Made by a program: the position numbers and the translations under genes. The notes under the pieces are model-generated. The model saw only the letters and a program-made list of their open reading frames with translations. It searched no databases and was not told where the DNA came from. Shown one piece after another: positions 19,057-28,527 of a stretch of DNA of 64,000 bases (the stretch's first letter is position 1; each line of letters opens with the position of its first letter). This stretch comes from an uncultured Pseudomonadota bacterium (GTDB lineage: Bacteria; Pseudomonadota; Alphaproteobacteria; Rs-D84), in NCBI GenBank assembly GCA_947307295.1, contig CAMZIQ010000003.1:2743-66742 (forward strand), read 5' to 3'.

Positions 19057-20421
19057 ATGAGATTTACAAAAATTACTGCTTCCATCGGACCAAATTGCGA
19101 AGATAAAAAAACTTTGACAGCAATGATAAAGGCGGGTGTCAATGTTTGCCGTCTTAATTTCAGTCATGATACTGGCGAAGTCCAGGGGGCAAAAATAGAT
19201 TTAATTCGTTCCATAGCCAAAGAATTAAAAACACATGTGGCAATTATGGTTGATATCCAGGGGCCAAAACACAGAATAGGGGATTTCAAAACAGAAAATC
19301 ATTATCCTTTGAAAATTGGGCAAAAATTTATCCTTGATTCTGATGAAACACCTGGTGATGAACACAGGGTGAATTTGCCGGATATGGATGTTATGCATTC
19401 GCTTTCTGTGGGGGATAGAATTTTGTTAAATGACGGCAAAATAGAATTAAAAGTTGATGCAGTTTTTGACGACAAAATTGAAACAACAGTTGTGCGTGGC
19501 GATGAAATATGGTCAAGACGTGGTTTTAATTTGCCTGATACAGATGTTGATACAGATATTTTAACAGAAAAAGATAAAAAAGATTTGGAATATGCAATTA
19601 CTAAAAATCCAGATTATGTCGCGTTATCATTTGTTCAGCGCGCAGAAGATGTTGCGAATGTTCGTGATTTTATAAATGAACGGACTTCACAACCCATAAA
19701 GTTAATTGCAAAAATAGAACGTCCAAACGCAGTAGAAAGAATTACTGATATTGCGACAGCGGCAGACGGCATAATGATTGCACGTGGTGACTTGGCGGTT
19801 GAGGTTCCGTTTGAACAAGTCCCGGCGATTTCACGTCATATTATTCGTGAATGTAGAAAATTAAATCGCCCTGTTATTATGGCTACACAAATGTTGTCAT
19901 CTATGGTTCATAGCGAATTTCCTACGCGTGCTGAAATATCAGACGTTGCTAATGCATCATATCTACGAACAGATTCTACAATGACTTCGGAAGAAACAAC
20001 CATAGGTGATAACCCAGTAAACGTGATTGAAACAATGGATAAAATATTATCTTATGCGGACAAAGACGCTATTGAAAATCCGTATGATTGGTCACGCGTG
20101 GATAATATACCTGAAAACGATTGGTCTCGTTCTGTGTCATCAATGGCGCATTTGAACAAGGCTGTGGCTATTGTTGTTTTTGCACGCGATTCAGATATCC
20201 CAACGCAAATATCTTGTCGTAAGCCAGATATCCCAATTATCGCTGTGTGCAGTGATAAAACAGTAGCGGCTCAATTGTGTTTGTTGCGCGGGGTGTTTCC
20301 TGTGTGTGATGAACGCTTGTTTGGACAAAGGGATGCGTTCAACGCGGTTCGTCAATTTGGTATAGGATTTGGTAAATTAGTTATCGTGGATGAAGATAAA
20401 GTCAGTTTAACAGCATTATAG
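19057..20421 (+). CDS. pyk: Pyruvate kinase
   Basis: RLNFSH, DIQGPK, IAKIE, DGIMIARGDL, ATQML, PTRAE. Confidence 0.93.
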   Translation: MRFTKITASIGPNCEDKKTLTAMIKAGVNVCRLNFSHDTGEVQGAKIDLIRSIAKELKTHVAIMVDIQGPKHRIGDFKTENHYPLKIGQKFILDSDETPGDEHRVNLPDMDVMHSLSVGDRILLNDGKIELKVDAVFDDKIETTVVRGDEIWSRRGFNLPDTDVDTDILTEKDKKDLEYAITKNPDYVALSFVQRAEDVANVRDFINERTSQPIKLIAKIERPNAVERITDIATAADGIMIARGDLAVEVPFEQVPAISRHIIRECRKLNRPVIMATQMLSSMVHSEFPTRAEISDVANASYLRTDSTMTSEETTIGDNPVNVIETMDKILSYADKDAIENPYDWSRVDNIPENDWSRSVSSMAHLNKAVAIVVFARDSDIPTQISCRKPDIPIIAVCSDKTVAAQLCLLRGVFPVCDERLFGQRDAFNAVRQFGIGFGKLVIVDEDKVSLTAL

Positions 20422-20427
20422 TAAAAT

Positions 20428-20455
20428 AAAAACTCGGGTTAAACCCGAGTTTTTT
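20428..20455. terminator. Bidirectional intrinsic terminator
   Basis: AAAACTCGGG-TTAAA-CCCGAGTTTT. Confidence 0.85.
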
Positions 20456-20457
20456 GA

Positions 20458-20655
20458 TTAAGAACGTTGTCTGTCTTTAATTTTATCAACAACATGATGA
20501 GTCACAGTCACAGTAAAAGCTGTTCCAAATATAGCAGTCAATACAGCAAGAAACGTTTGTTTGTCTTTGACGTATGCTGCACCAGCCATAATTAAGCCTA
20601 ATAAAGTAATCACTTCTGCTTCAATAGTAAGTCTTTTTTCTTGTTTAGTCATCAT
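20458..20655 (-). CDS. Small two-TM hypothetical protein
   Basis: SD AAGGA, two hydrophobic segments, basic tail KIKDRQRS. Confidence 0.65.
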   Translation of the reverse strand: MMTKQEKRLTIEAEVITLLGLIMAGAAYVKDKQTFLAVLTAIFGTAFTVTVTHHVVDKIKDRQRS

Positions 20656-20682
20656 TTTTTATCCTTTTATTTTTTTATTTTT

Positions 20683-20970
20683 TTAATGTCTGTATAATTG
20701 ATTTGAATATTGTTGTTGTACGAATTTGTTGTATATCTTGTCTCTTTCAGCGGTTGCATCAATGAATTTTACCAGCCCAGCTGTCATCAAACAGCAAAGC
20801 AAAGTGAATGCAGCGTCGTCGATTCTTGAAGATGTTTGACACAGATTAAAACCAGGAAACATCATGACAAATCCACTTGCAACTGATATGACGCCCCATC
20901 TTCTTACTTTCTTTTCGGATTTATTTAAGTCTTTTTGTAATTCTTGTAACTCGTTCGCTTTTTGTTCCAT
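20683..20970 (-). CDS. Small two-TM hypothetical protein
   Basis: SD GAGG before ATG 20970; two hydrophobic segments. Confidence 0.65.
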   Translation of the reverse strand: MEQKANELQELQKDLNKSEKKVRRWGVISVASGFVMMFPGFNLCQTSSRIDDAAFTLLCCLMTAGLVKFIDATAERDKIYNKFVQQQYSNQLYRH

Positions 20971-21076
20971 TTTTTTACCTCTTGTATGTTTTTGGAAAAT
21001 GATAACACGCAAATATCGTTTGTCAATAATTTTTGCTATTGACCCAGTTATAGAATTTTTACTATGATTTCAAATT

Positions 21077-22189
21077 ATGAAGAGAGTTTTTGCATTTGTT
21101 TTATCTTTGTTTGTAATTTTTGGTGCTTATGCCAAAGATTACCGTGCAGTATTGGTTGCTGATATAGACAGCGGACGCGTTCTTTATCAAGAAAACGCAA
21201 ATCAATTAAACTATCCTGCATCATTGACCAAAATAATGACTTTGTATTTAACTTTCGATGCGCTGGAACATAATCGCCTGCATCTAGATGATTATTTAAT
21301 TGTGTCGCAATCTGCTGCAGATGCGCAACCTGTAAAATTGGGACTAACCGCGGGCAGCAAGATAAAGGTTGAAGATGCGATTAAGGCTGTTGCTGTCCAT
21401 TCCGCTAATGATGTTGCACGCGTGTTGGCTGAAAATTTACAAGGTGGCAAAGAAGGTAATTTCGCAGGACTTATGACTCAGGTTGCAAATGAAATCGGTT
21501 TACAAAACACTAATTTTGAAAATTCTTCGGGACTTCCAAACGATGACCACATGTCTACTGCACGGGATATCGCTTTGTTATCTATGGCGGTTTATAAACA
21601 TTTTCCTCAATATTGGAAATATTTTGGGATTAAATCTTGGACTTATAATGGAAAAACCTATACAAATGGAAATCGTTTGTTGGCTTCTTATCCTGGCTGT
21701 GATGGTATGAAAACAGGTTTTACAAATAAATCTAAATATTCGTTGGTGGCGACGGCAAAACGTGATGGACATCATTTAATAGCTGTTGTTTTGGGCGCAG
21801 AAAACAAAGATGTTCGTGCTAGTATCGCATCGAAAATGTTGAACGTTGGTTTTAATAAAATCGGTGTTAATGGCGCGACTTACCAAGAACCAAAACACGT
21901 TTCGGCACCAACGCAATCAAATCCGATGGTTAAATATGCACAGCAAGAAACCAAAATAGCGGCGTATTCCGCTGGGAATACAGGCGTTCAATGTGGTGCA
22001 TTTTCAACGTATGAAGCTGCAACTAAACAGGCAACACGTGTCAACCAATCAACTGGGATGACGGCAAACGTTGAAAGAAATGATGCAGGGCTTTATCGTG
22101 TTCGCATAAATGGATTATCAGAAAGTATGGCACAAAATACGAAAAATACAGCTGGTGCAAATGGCATAGATTGTTATATTTTTCATTAA
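21077..22189 (+). CDS. D-alanyl-D-alanine carboxypeptidase (S11) with C-terminal SPOR domain
   Basis: PASLTK, SANDV, GMKTGFT; 'VQCGAFS...LYRVRI'. Confidence 0.92.
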   Translation: MKRVFAFVLSLFVIFGAYAKDYRAVLVADIDSGRVLYQENANQLNYPASLTKIMTLYLTFDALEHNRLHLDDYLIVSQSAADAQPVKLGLTAGSKIKVEDAIKAVAVHSANDVARVLAENLQGGKEGNFAGLMTQVANEIGLQNTNFENSSGLPNDDHMSTARDIALLSMAVYKHFPQYWKYFGIKSWTYNGKTYTNGNRLLASYPGCDGMKTGFTNKSKYSLVATAKRDGHHLIAVVLGAENKDVRASIASKMLNVGFNKIGVNGATYQEPKHVSAPTQSNPMVKYAQQETKIAAYSAGNTGVQCGAFSTYEAATKQATRVNQSTGMTANVERNDAGLYRVRINGLSESMAQNTKNTAGANGIDCYIFH

Positions 22190-22202
22190 AGAATAAAAGA
22201 TT

Positions 22203-22793
22203 ATGAATATAAAGATAGAAAAACTTATTAAACAATTTGCAAAATTGCCACGCGTTGGAACACGGGCGGCTACACGTATAGTGATTAGTTTATTGCAAGA
22301 TAAAACTGGTAAATCAGAAGCTTTGGCGCATGCATTGATTGATGCGACAGAACATATTCATCCTTGTTCGCAATGTGGTGTGTTAACAGATAACGAATAT
22401 TGTGAATATTGTATGGATGTTTCACGTAAAAATGGGCAATTATGTCTGGTGCGTGATTTTTCTGACGTGTTGGTATTGGAAAAATCAGGTGTATTTCATG
22501 GGCGTTATCATGTTTTGGGTGGAATGTTATCTGGTACAGATGGTATCACGCCAAACGATTTGAATATTGCGAACATATCGGCACGTGTTGAAAAAGAAAA
22601 TATAAACGAAATCATTTTTGCGCTGCCAAATACTGTCGAAGGAAAAACCACTCAGCAATACATAATTTCTGTAATAAATAACAAAGATGTATCTTTTTCA
22701 GAATTGGCATCTGGTGTTCCGCTCGGGGGCGATTTAGATTATATTGATGATGGAACATTGACTTTGGCTTTTGGGGGACGTAAAAAATTATGA
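22203..22793 (+). CDS. recR: Recombination protein RecR
   Basis: HhH 'LPRVGTRAA', C4 zinc finger, 'YHVLGG', 'GGDLDYID'. Confidence 0.95.
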   Translation: MNIKIEKLIKQFAKLPRVGTRAATRIVISLLQDKTGKSEALAHALIDATEHIHPCSQCGVLTDNEYCEYCMDVSRKNGQLCLVRDFSDVLVLEKSGVFHGRYHVLGGMLSGTDGITPNDLNIANISARVEKENINEIIFALPNTVEGKTTQQYIISVINNKDVSFSELASGVPLGGDLDYIDDGTLTLAFGGRKKL

Positions 22794-23617
22794 TGAATAA
22801 AATTGCTTCTTTGCCACCCGTATCAGAAATGATGCGAGAAAGTGGATTAGAACCTAAAAAGCAGTTTGGGCAAAATTTTTTGTTTGATTTGAATTTAACT
22901 GGTCGTATCGCGCGTTCTGTGCCTAATATAGAAAAAACAACAGTGGTAGAAATCGGACCAGGACCTGGTGGTTTAACGCGTGCTTTGTTAATGGCTGGTG
23001 CTAAAAAAGTTATCGCGATTGAAAAAGACAAAACAACCAATGATATTTTATCGCGAATTGTTGATGCTTCGGATGGCAGATTAGAAATAATTTTTGGTGA
23101 TGCTTTGCGTGTTAATTTAAACGATATCAAAGAATACGCAATTTGTGCTAATTTACCTTATAATGTCGGGACTGAATTATTAATACAATGGCTTCATAAA
23201 ATTGCAAGTGGTGAAAAAATAAAATCTTTGACATTAATGTTTCAAAGGGAAGTGGCGCAACGTATTGTGGCAAAGGTTGGTAATGAACAATATGGACGTT
23301 TATCAGTACTTGCAAATTTAATTGCTGATACAAAAATTTTATTTGATGTTCCAAATACTGCTTTTGTGCCACGACCAAAGGTGCAATCTGCGGTTGTGCA
23401 AATTATACCAAACGCAAAGAAAATAAAAGCAATCAAAGATATAAAAAGTTTGGAAAAATTAACTGCGAAATTATTCGGACAACGCCGTAAAATGATACGT
23501 GGAATTATAAAAACAGATTGGGAAAAATTTGGATTAACAGGAACAGAACGCGCCGAAGAAATTTCACCAGAAGTTTTTTTAAAAATATCAAGCATTATTG
23601 ATGTAAATCTGTTATAA
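22790..23617 (+). CDS. rsmA: 16S rRNA dimethyltransferase
   Basis: GQNFL, EIGPGPG, ANLPYN, MFQREVA. Confidence 0.96.
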   Translation: MMNKIASLPPVSEMMRESGLEPKKQFGQNFLFDLNLTGRIARSVPNIEKTTVVEIGPGPGGLTRALLMAGAKKVIAIEKDKTTNDILSRIVDASDGRLEIIFGDALRVNLNDIKEYAICANLPYNVGTELLIQWLHKIASGEKIKSLTLMFQREVAQRIVAKVGNEQYGRLSVLANLIADTKILFDVPNTAFVPRPKVQSAVVQIIPNAKKIKAIKDIKSLEKLTAKLFGQRRKMIRGIIKTDWEKFGLTGTERAEEISPEVFLKISSIIDVNLL

Positions 23618-23640
23618 TAGGAATCAATGGAGGGAAAAAC

Positions 23641-25344
23641 ATGTCAACAGCAACATTAATATTTTTCGTAATCGCATTTGTGTCGGTATTTTTTATGCGT
23701 TTTTTCAAGATGGGGACTTTGTTAGCCTTTTTGCTTGCAGGTATTTTAGCTGGTCAGCATGTTTTTGGTTTGTTTGAACTTTCTGGAACATGGAATTTTC
23801 TTGGTGAATTGGGCATAATGTTCTTGTGGTTTAATATCGGTTTACAAATAAATATCAAAAGATTATGGCAATTGCGCAGAACTATTTTCGGGCTTGGTGC
23901 ATCCCAGGTTTTAATGGTCGCAATAATATTATTCCCGATTTTAGTGGGTGTCACACAATGGACTTTGATTGGAACAATAATGATTTCTTTGATTCTTGCT
24001 ATGTCCAGTACTTCCGAAGATTTGCAGATATTGATAGATAGAAATCAGTTGCAAACTAACATGGGGCGTCAAACTTTCTCTATCTTGTTATTCCAAGATT
24101 TATTATCAATCCCTTTACTTGCTATGTTGCCTGTTATGGCTGGTAAGTCTATCAACCTGGGCGCTTCGGTAATTGATATTTTGGTAATGTCTTTGGGATT
24201 GATTTTAGGTGTGGTGGTTGTCGCAAAATTTATTTTAAATCCTTTGTTGCACCTTGTTGCCAAAGTCCAATCACACGAAGCTTTGGTTTTAGCAATTATG
24301 GTAAATATTGCAGTATGGGCTGTTGTGTTAAGTATGATGGGATTACCCCCAGCTTTGGGTGCTTTCTTGGCTGGTATGTTAATGTCAGAAACAGTTTACA
24401 GACATCAAATTAACGCATCCATAGAACCTTATGCTGCTTTGTTTTTAGCGTTCTTCTTCATTGTTTTGGGGATGGGTATAAATTTACCGTTCTTGATATC
24501 GCATAAATTGACGGTATTAGTTGGTGTAGCAGGATTAATAATTATCAAATTCTTTGCACTTTATATGGTTGCTCGTGTGCGTCGTGTTTCTGTTCAGGAA
24601 GCTTCGTTAATGTCGTTAATATTGGCCCAAGGTGGCGAATTCGGATTATTGATTTTGCAAACTATGAAAACAAACGGAATAAGTGCGATTCCAATTGAAC
24701 ATCAAGAAATTTTAACAGCAATAATCATTGTATCAATTATGATGACTCCTATATTGTTGTTAATATATGATAAAATATCAAAGTTCAAAGGTGGTTTTGG
24801 TAAAAATTCTAGTAAGAATTTAACAGAAAGAATTAAAGAAGAAACTCCAACAGTAGTTATTTGTGGATTTGGTCGTATGGGGCAAATTATCGCGCAAATG
24901 TTGGATGCAGAACATATCTCTTATGTGGCAATTGATGGTAATGTAGATGAAGTTATCATGGCTCGTGAATTGGGATATAATGTAATTTATGGTGATTCTA
25001 AAAAGGCTTCTATTTTACTAGCCACAGGGCTTAAACCTCGCAAAACACGTGCGGTTGTTATATCGTTGAATGATGAAGTTGTTGCTCATGACATAGTGCA
25101 TACTTTACACGAAATCGCACCGCGTATTAAAATATTTGCACGCGCACACAGTCTGAAATCTTCACAAGAATTGTTAAGCATCGGGGTTAAATCTGCTACG
25201 CCTGAAATTATCGAATCTTCGTTTATTTTGGGTTCAGAAGTTTTGGCAAATATTGGTTTATCTCGTACAAAGATTGATTCTTTGATGGCATATTTACGTG
25301 AAAATGGCTATGCAAACGTAAGAAAACCAATAAGTTCGAAATAA
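23641..25344 (+). CDS. CPA2 cation:proton antiporter with TrkA_N domain (KefB/KefC-like)
   Basis: MSST, LLFQD, QGGEF, GFGRMG. Confidence 0.9.
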   Translation: MSTATLIFFVIAFVSVFFMRFFKMGTLLAFLLAGILAGQHVFGLFELSGTWNFLGELGIMFLWFNIGLQINIKRLWQLRRTIFGLGASQVLMVAIILFPILVGVTQWTLIGTIMISLILAMSSTSEDLQILIDRNQLQTNMGRQTFSILLFQDLLSIPLLAMLPVMAGKSINLGASVIDILVMSLGLILGVVVVAKFILNPLLHLVAKVQSHEALVLAIMVNIAVWAVVLSMMGLPPALGAFLAGMLMSETVYRHQINASIEPYAALFLAFFFIVLGMGINLPFLISHKLTVLVGVAGLIIIKFFALYMVARVRRVSVQEASLMSLILAQGGEFGLLILQTMKTNGISAIPIEHQEILTAIIIVSIMMTPILLLIYDKISKFKGGFGKNSSKNLTERIKEETPTVVICGFGRMGQIIAQMLDAEHISYVAIDGNVDEVIMARELGYNVIYGDSKKASILLATGLKPRKTRAVVISLNDEVVAHDIVHTLHEIAPRIKIFARAHSLKSSQELLSIGVKSATPEIIESSFILGSEVLANIGLSRTKIDSLMAYLRENGYANVRKPISSK

Positions 25345-25403
25345 ACATATTCTGTTTGATTTTATAATTTGTAATTGCTATATTTTGGAAAGCGAGGTTT
25401 ATT

Positions 25404-25961
25404 ATGAAAAGATTTTTCAAATATATAGCAATTATTTTGTGTGTATTTGCACTTGATTTTCTTTCGAAAACATATCTGTTAAAATTCTTTGCAAACAAAT
25501 GGGGTGATTCAGTTTATGATCCAAATATTATTTGTGCAAAATGTAATATTAACGGTATATTTGTATCATGGCGTGATTTGATTGGCGGCGATTATGGATT
25601 GTCTAATTTATTTAACATCCAATTTATATGGAACCGTGGTGTATCTTTTTCAGCCTTTAACTTTGTTATGCCGATAATTTTAAGCGTTTTAACAGCGTTA
25701 ATTATCGCGTGGTTATTGTATTATATGTTTAAAAAATCTTGTAATTATGAACGTTTGCCTTTGGCATTTATAATCGGTGGCGCTTTGGGGAATTTGGTGG
25801 ATAGATTACGTTTTGGCGCGGTTGCAGATTTTATACAATGGCATATCGGGGGGCTTTGGACTTTTCCGGCTATATTTAATGTTGGGGATGTTTTTATAAC
25901 TTTTGGCGTGTGTTTATACTTGATAAACATGTTTATTAACAGACATAAATGCGCCGCATAA
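25404..25961 (+). CDS. lspA: Lipoprotein signal peptidase II
   Basis: WNRGVSFS, GGALGNLVDR, DFI, FNVGD. Confidence 0.94.
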   Translation: MKRFFKYIAIILCVFALDFLSKTYLLKFFANKWGDSVYDPNIICAKCNINGIFVSWRDLIGGDYGLSNLFNIQFIWNRGVSFSAFNFVMPIILSVLTALIIAWLLYYMFKKSCNYERLPLAFIIGGALGNLVDRLRFGAVADFIQWHIGGLWTFPAIFNVGDVFITFGVCLYLINMFINRHKCAA

Positions 25962-25976
25962 TCGAAAGGGAAAAAA

Positions 25977-27533
25977 ATGGTAAAATATTTAGATAATAAT
26001 TCTGGTTTTAATCAATGGAATTCTATGCAGTCACAACAAAAAAAGCCTTCCAGGCTTTCTGGTTTTTTGTGGTGGGGATTGCTGTTTTTGTTTGCTTGGT
26101 GGATAATGGGTATCTGGGTTAAGCCTCAAAACGTAGAAATAGAAAACGTTCAACCTGTTGCCATAGAACAATCAAATGTGGCAAAGCATAACATCACAGA
26201 TACTGATATTTCATTTGATGTCCAAGGGTTGCGTGTTTCAAATGTGTCTTTGAATAAACATAAAAAAGATTCTAAATCCGAAGAAAGTGTTTCTTTGTTA
26301 AGTGCAGAAAATAATTTCATAGAATTGGGATTTATTTCTTCTGATATTAAAACACCAAATATAAATACAAATTGGGAAATGAAATCGGGCGCTATGCATT
26401 GGAATGCTGGTTCGGGAATTCAGTTTGTACGAAATATTTCTACAGATGGATATGTAATCACGATATCGGATACGATTAAAAATAATTCTAATCGTGAAAT
26501 AAGTGTTGCACCGTATGTCCAAATTGTATCGACTAATAAAGAACAAATGTCATCTGTGGTAGAAACGGGCGGTGTTGTGTACGCTAATTCAAAATTAGAT
26601 TATACGAATTGGAATAAATTGAATAAGAAATCCGTTGCGTATTCTACTGTCCGTGGTTCGTTGGGGTTTGCAGAACAATACTGGGAAACTATCGCATCAA
26701 TTGATGCGAACGACCAAACTATAAGTTTGAAAAAATCGGGCGATTTGTATTTTGCACAAACTAATGCTGCACCGATAAAAATTGCTGCAAAAACGGAAAA
26801 GGAAATAAATACATATGTATTTGCTGGACCTCGTATGTCAAATCTTTTAAATGCTGCGGATGCCAAGATTCCGGGGATAAGCAAGACAATGGATTATGGG
26901 TGGTTTTGGTTTTTTGCACAGCCTATGTTATGGATGATAAATTTGTTGTTTGCTTTGGTTGGAAATTATGGAGTGGCTATAATTTTGATGACATTGATTT
27001 TGCGTTTGTTGATATGGCCTTTGACACGTAAATCTTATGTATCGACAATGAAAATGCAAAAGATGCAACCAGAATTGCAAAGGGTACAAAAACTTTATGC
27101 GAATGATAAAGCACGTCTTCAAATTGAAATGATGAAAGTATATCAAACGCACAAAACATCACCAATGTCAGGGTGTTTGCCTATGTTGATTCAAATACCA
27201 ATCTTTTTTGCGTTATACAAGGCGTTGTTAATATCTGTTCCGATGCGTTCAGCACACTTTTTATGGATATCTGATTTAGCAGTAATGGACCCATATTTTA
27301 TATTGCCGATTTTGATGGGTGCAACAATGTGGTTGCAACAATATTTGCAGACACCTCAGACGTCTAAGGGTGCAAATGATGCGATTGCTTCTACTCAGCG
27401 TGTCATGAAATGGATGCCTGTGTTGTTTACTGTGATGTTTGCATGGATGCCGGCTGGTTTAGTATTATATTGGACGGTATCAAATTTATTTGGTATATTG
27501 CAAATGTATGTAATTAAAAAAACGATAAAATAA
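25977..27533 (+). CDS. yidC: Membrane protein insertase YidC
   Basis: DYGWFWF, GNYGVAII, GCLPMLIQIP, DPYFILP. Confidence 0.95.
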   Translation: MVKYLDNNSGFNQWNSMQSQQKKPSRLSGFLWWGLLFLFAWWIMGIWVKPQNVEIENVQPVAIEQSNVAKHNITDTDISFDVQGLRVSNVSLNKHKKDSKSEESVSLLSAENNFIELGFISSDIKTPNINTNWEMKSGAMHWNAGSGIQFVRNISTDGYVITISDTIKNNSNREISVAPYVQIVSTNKEQMSSVVETGGVVYANSKLDYTNWNKLNKKSVAYSTVRGSLGFAEQYWETIASIDANDQTISLKKSGDLYFAQTNAAPIKIAAKTEKEINTYVFAGPRMSNLLNAADAKIPGISKTMDYGWFWFFAQPMLWMINLLFALVGNYGVAIILMTLILRLLIWPLTRKSYVSTMKMQKMQPELQRVQKLYANDKARLQIEMMKVYQTHKTSPMSGCLPMLIQIPIFFALYKALLISVPMRSAHFLWISDLAVMDPYFILPILMGATMWLQQYLQTPQTSKGANDAIASTQRVMKWMPVLFTVMFAWMPAGLVLYWTVSNLFGILQMYVIKKTIK

Positions 27534-27553
27534 AAATGCCCATTTGGGCATTT

Positions 27554-27901
27554 TTATTTATCAGATAAATATCTAAATAAGGCATCTGGTGTTTGAATTA
27601 ATATATTATTGATTCTGCATACTCGTTTAGAAAAGGCAACACAAGTTATCGCATGAATTTTTAAGATATCTGTCGGTATGTTTTCTACATTATACTTTAT
27701 GAATGTCCAACCATAATGTTTTAATATGTTCAAATCTTTTTTTCTGATGTTAATATCAATAATTTTATTTGTGTGCACGAATTGATAAAGTACTACACGG
27801 TTTTTATCTATAATTACAGGGGCGCAATGTTTATATTTATTGCATAACATTTTTGCATACAGCTTATGTGTTTTATTTGAAAATCCGATGTAAACAATCA
27901 T
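27554..27901 (-). CDS. Hypothetical protein (possible permuted papain-like: 'HC', 'TCVAF', 'TPDAL')
   Basis: 115-aa ORF co-oriented with 27975; fold guess is weak. Confidence 0.6.
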   Translation of the reverse strand: MIVYIGFSNKTHKLYAKMLCNKYKHCAPVIIDKNRVVLYQFVHTNKIIDINIRKKDLNILKHYGWTFIKYNVENIPTDILKIHAITCVAFSKRVCRINNILIQTPDALFRYLSDK

Positions 27902-27974
27902 AATGAATAACCTTTTCTAAATATATACAAGTATTCTGATTTACCTCCCTTAACCAATAAATCAGAATGTTTTA

Positions 27975-28328
27975 TTAATCCACTAGCCAGCCTTTTTTGT
28001 GTGCGTATTCGGTTAGTGTATCCATGGCAGATTGCCAAAGCCCAGCAGCTTTATTTTCATGATAAATGTATTGATGTGGTGCGCGTCTTTTATCGCCAAA
28101 TGTTTTCAAGACATTTAATTGTTCATCCGATAATTTTCCACATAAATAAAGCTTTGTTATTAACGTTTCTACATCTAATAATTCACAAGGCCTGCGAATT
28201 GATGAATGATTATGATTAAATCCGTTTTGTACAGATTTAGAATATAAAAACCAGAACCAAAGTTGTTCTGCATTTTGAAATTTTTCCGAATGTGATAGTT
28301 CTTGATTTTGTAAAACATTAGTGTTCAT
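27975..28328 (-). CDS. Hypothetical protein ('AEQLWFWF', 'RPCELLD')
   Basis: SD AAGGAG; resembles an uncharacterised alphaproteobacterial family (from memory, unverified). Confidence 0.75.
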   Translation of the reverse strand: MNTNVLQNQELSHSEKFQNAEQLWFWFLYSKSVQNGFNHNHSSIRRPCELLDVETLITKLYLCGKLSDEQLNVLKTFGDKRRAPHQYIYHENKAAGLWQSAMDTLTEYAHKKGWLVD

Positions 28329-28495
28329 AGTTTTCTCCTTTTTAATAAGTTAATTTGTATCGTTTTAAAGACACAACAAAAATTAGAATAAAAATTGAAT
28401 TATGTAAAACAATACAACTGTAAATAGAAACTCGAATCGGAAAACCGATTCGAAATACGTTTTTTTAAAAATGAATTCGAATCGATTTTATCGGA

Positions 28496-28521
28496 TAAAA
28501 AAATCCGCCGAAGCGGATAAT
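28496..28521 (-). terminator. Terminator of the virB cluster
   Basis: Minus strand ATCCGC-TTCG-GCGGAT followed by a T-run. Confidence 0.8.
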
Positions 28522-28527
28522 GTAGCT

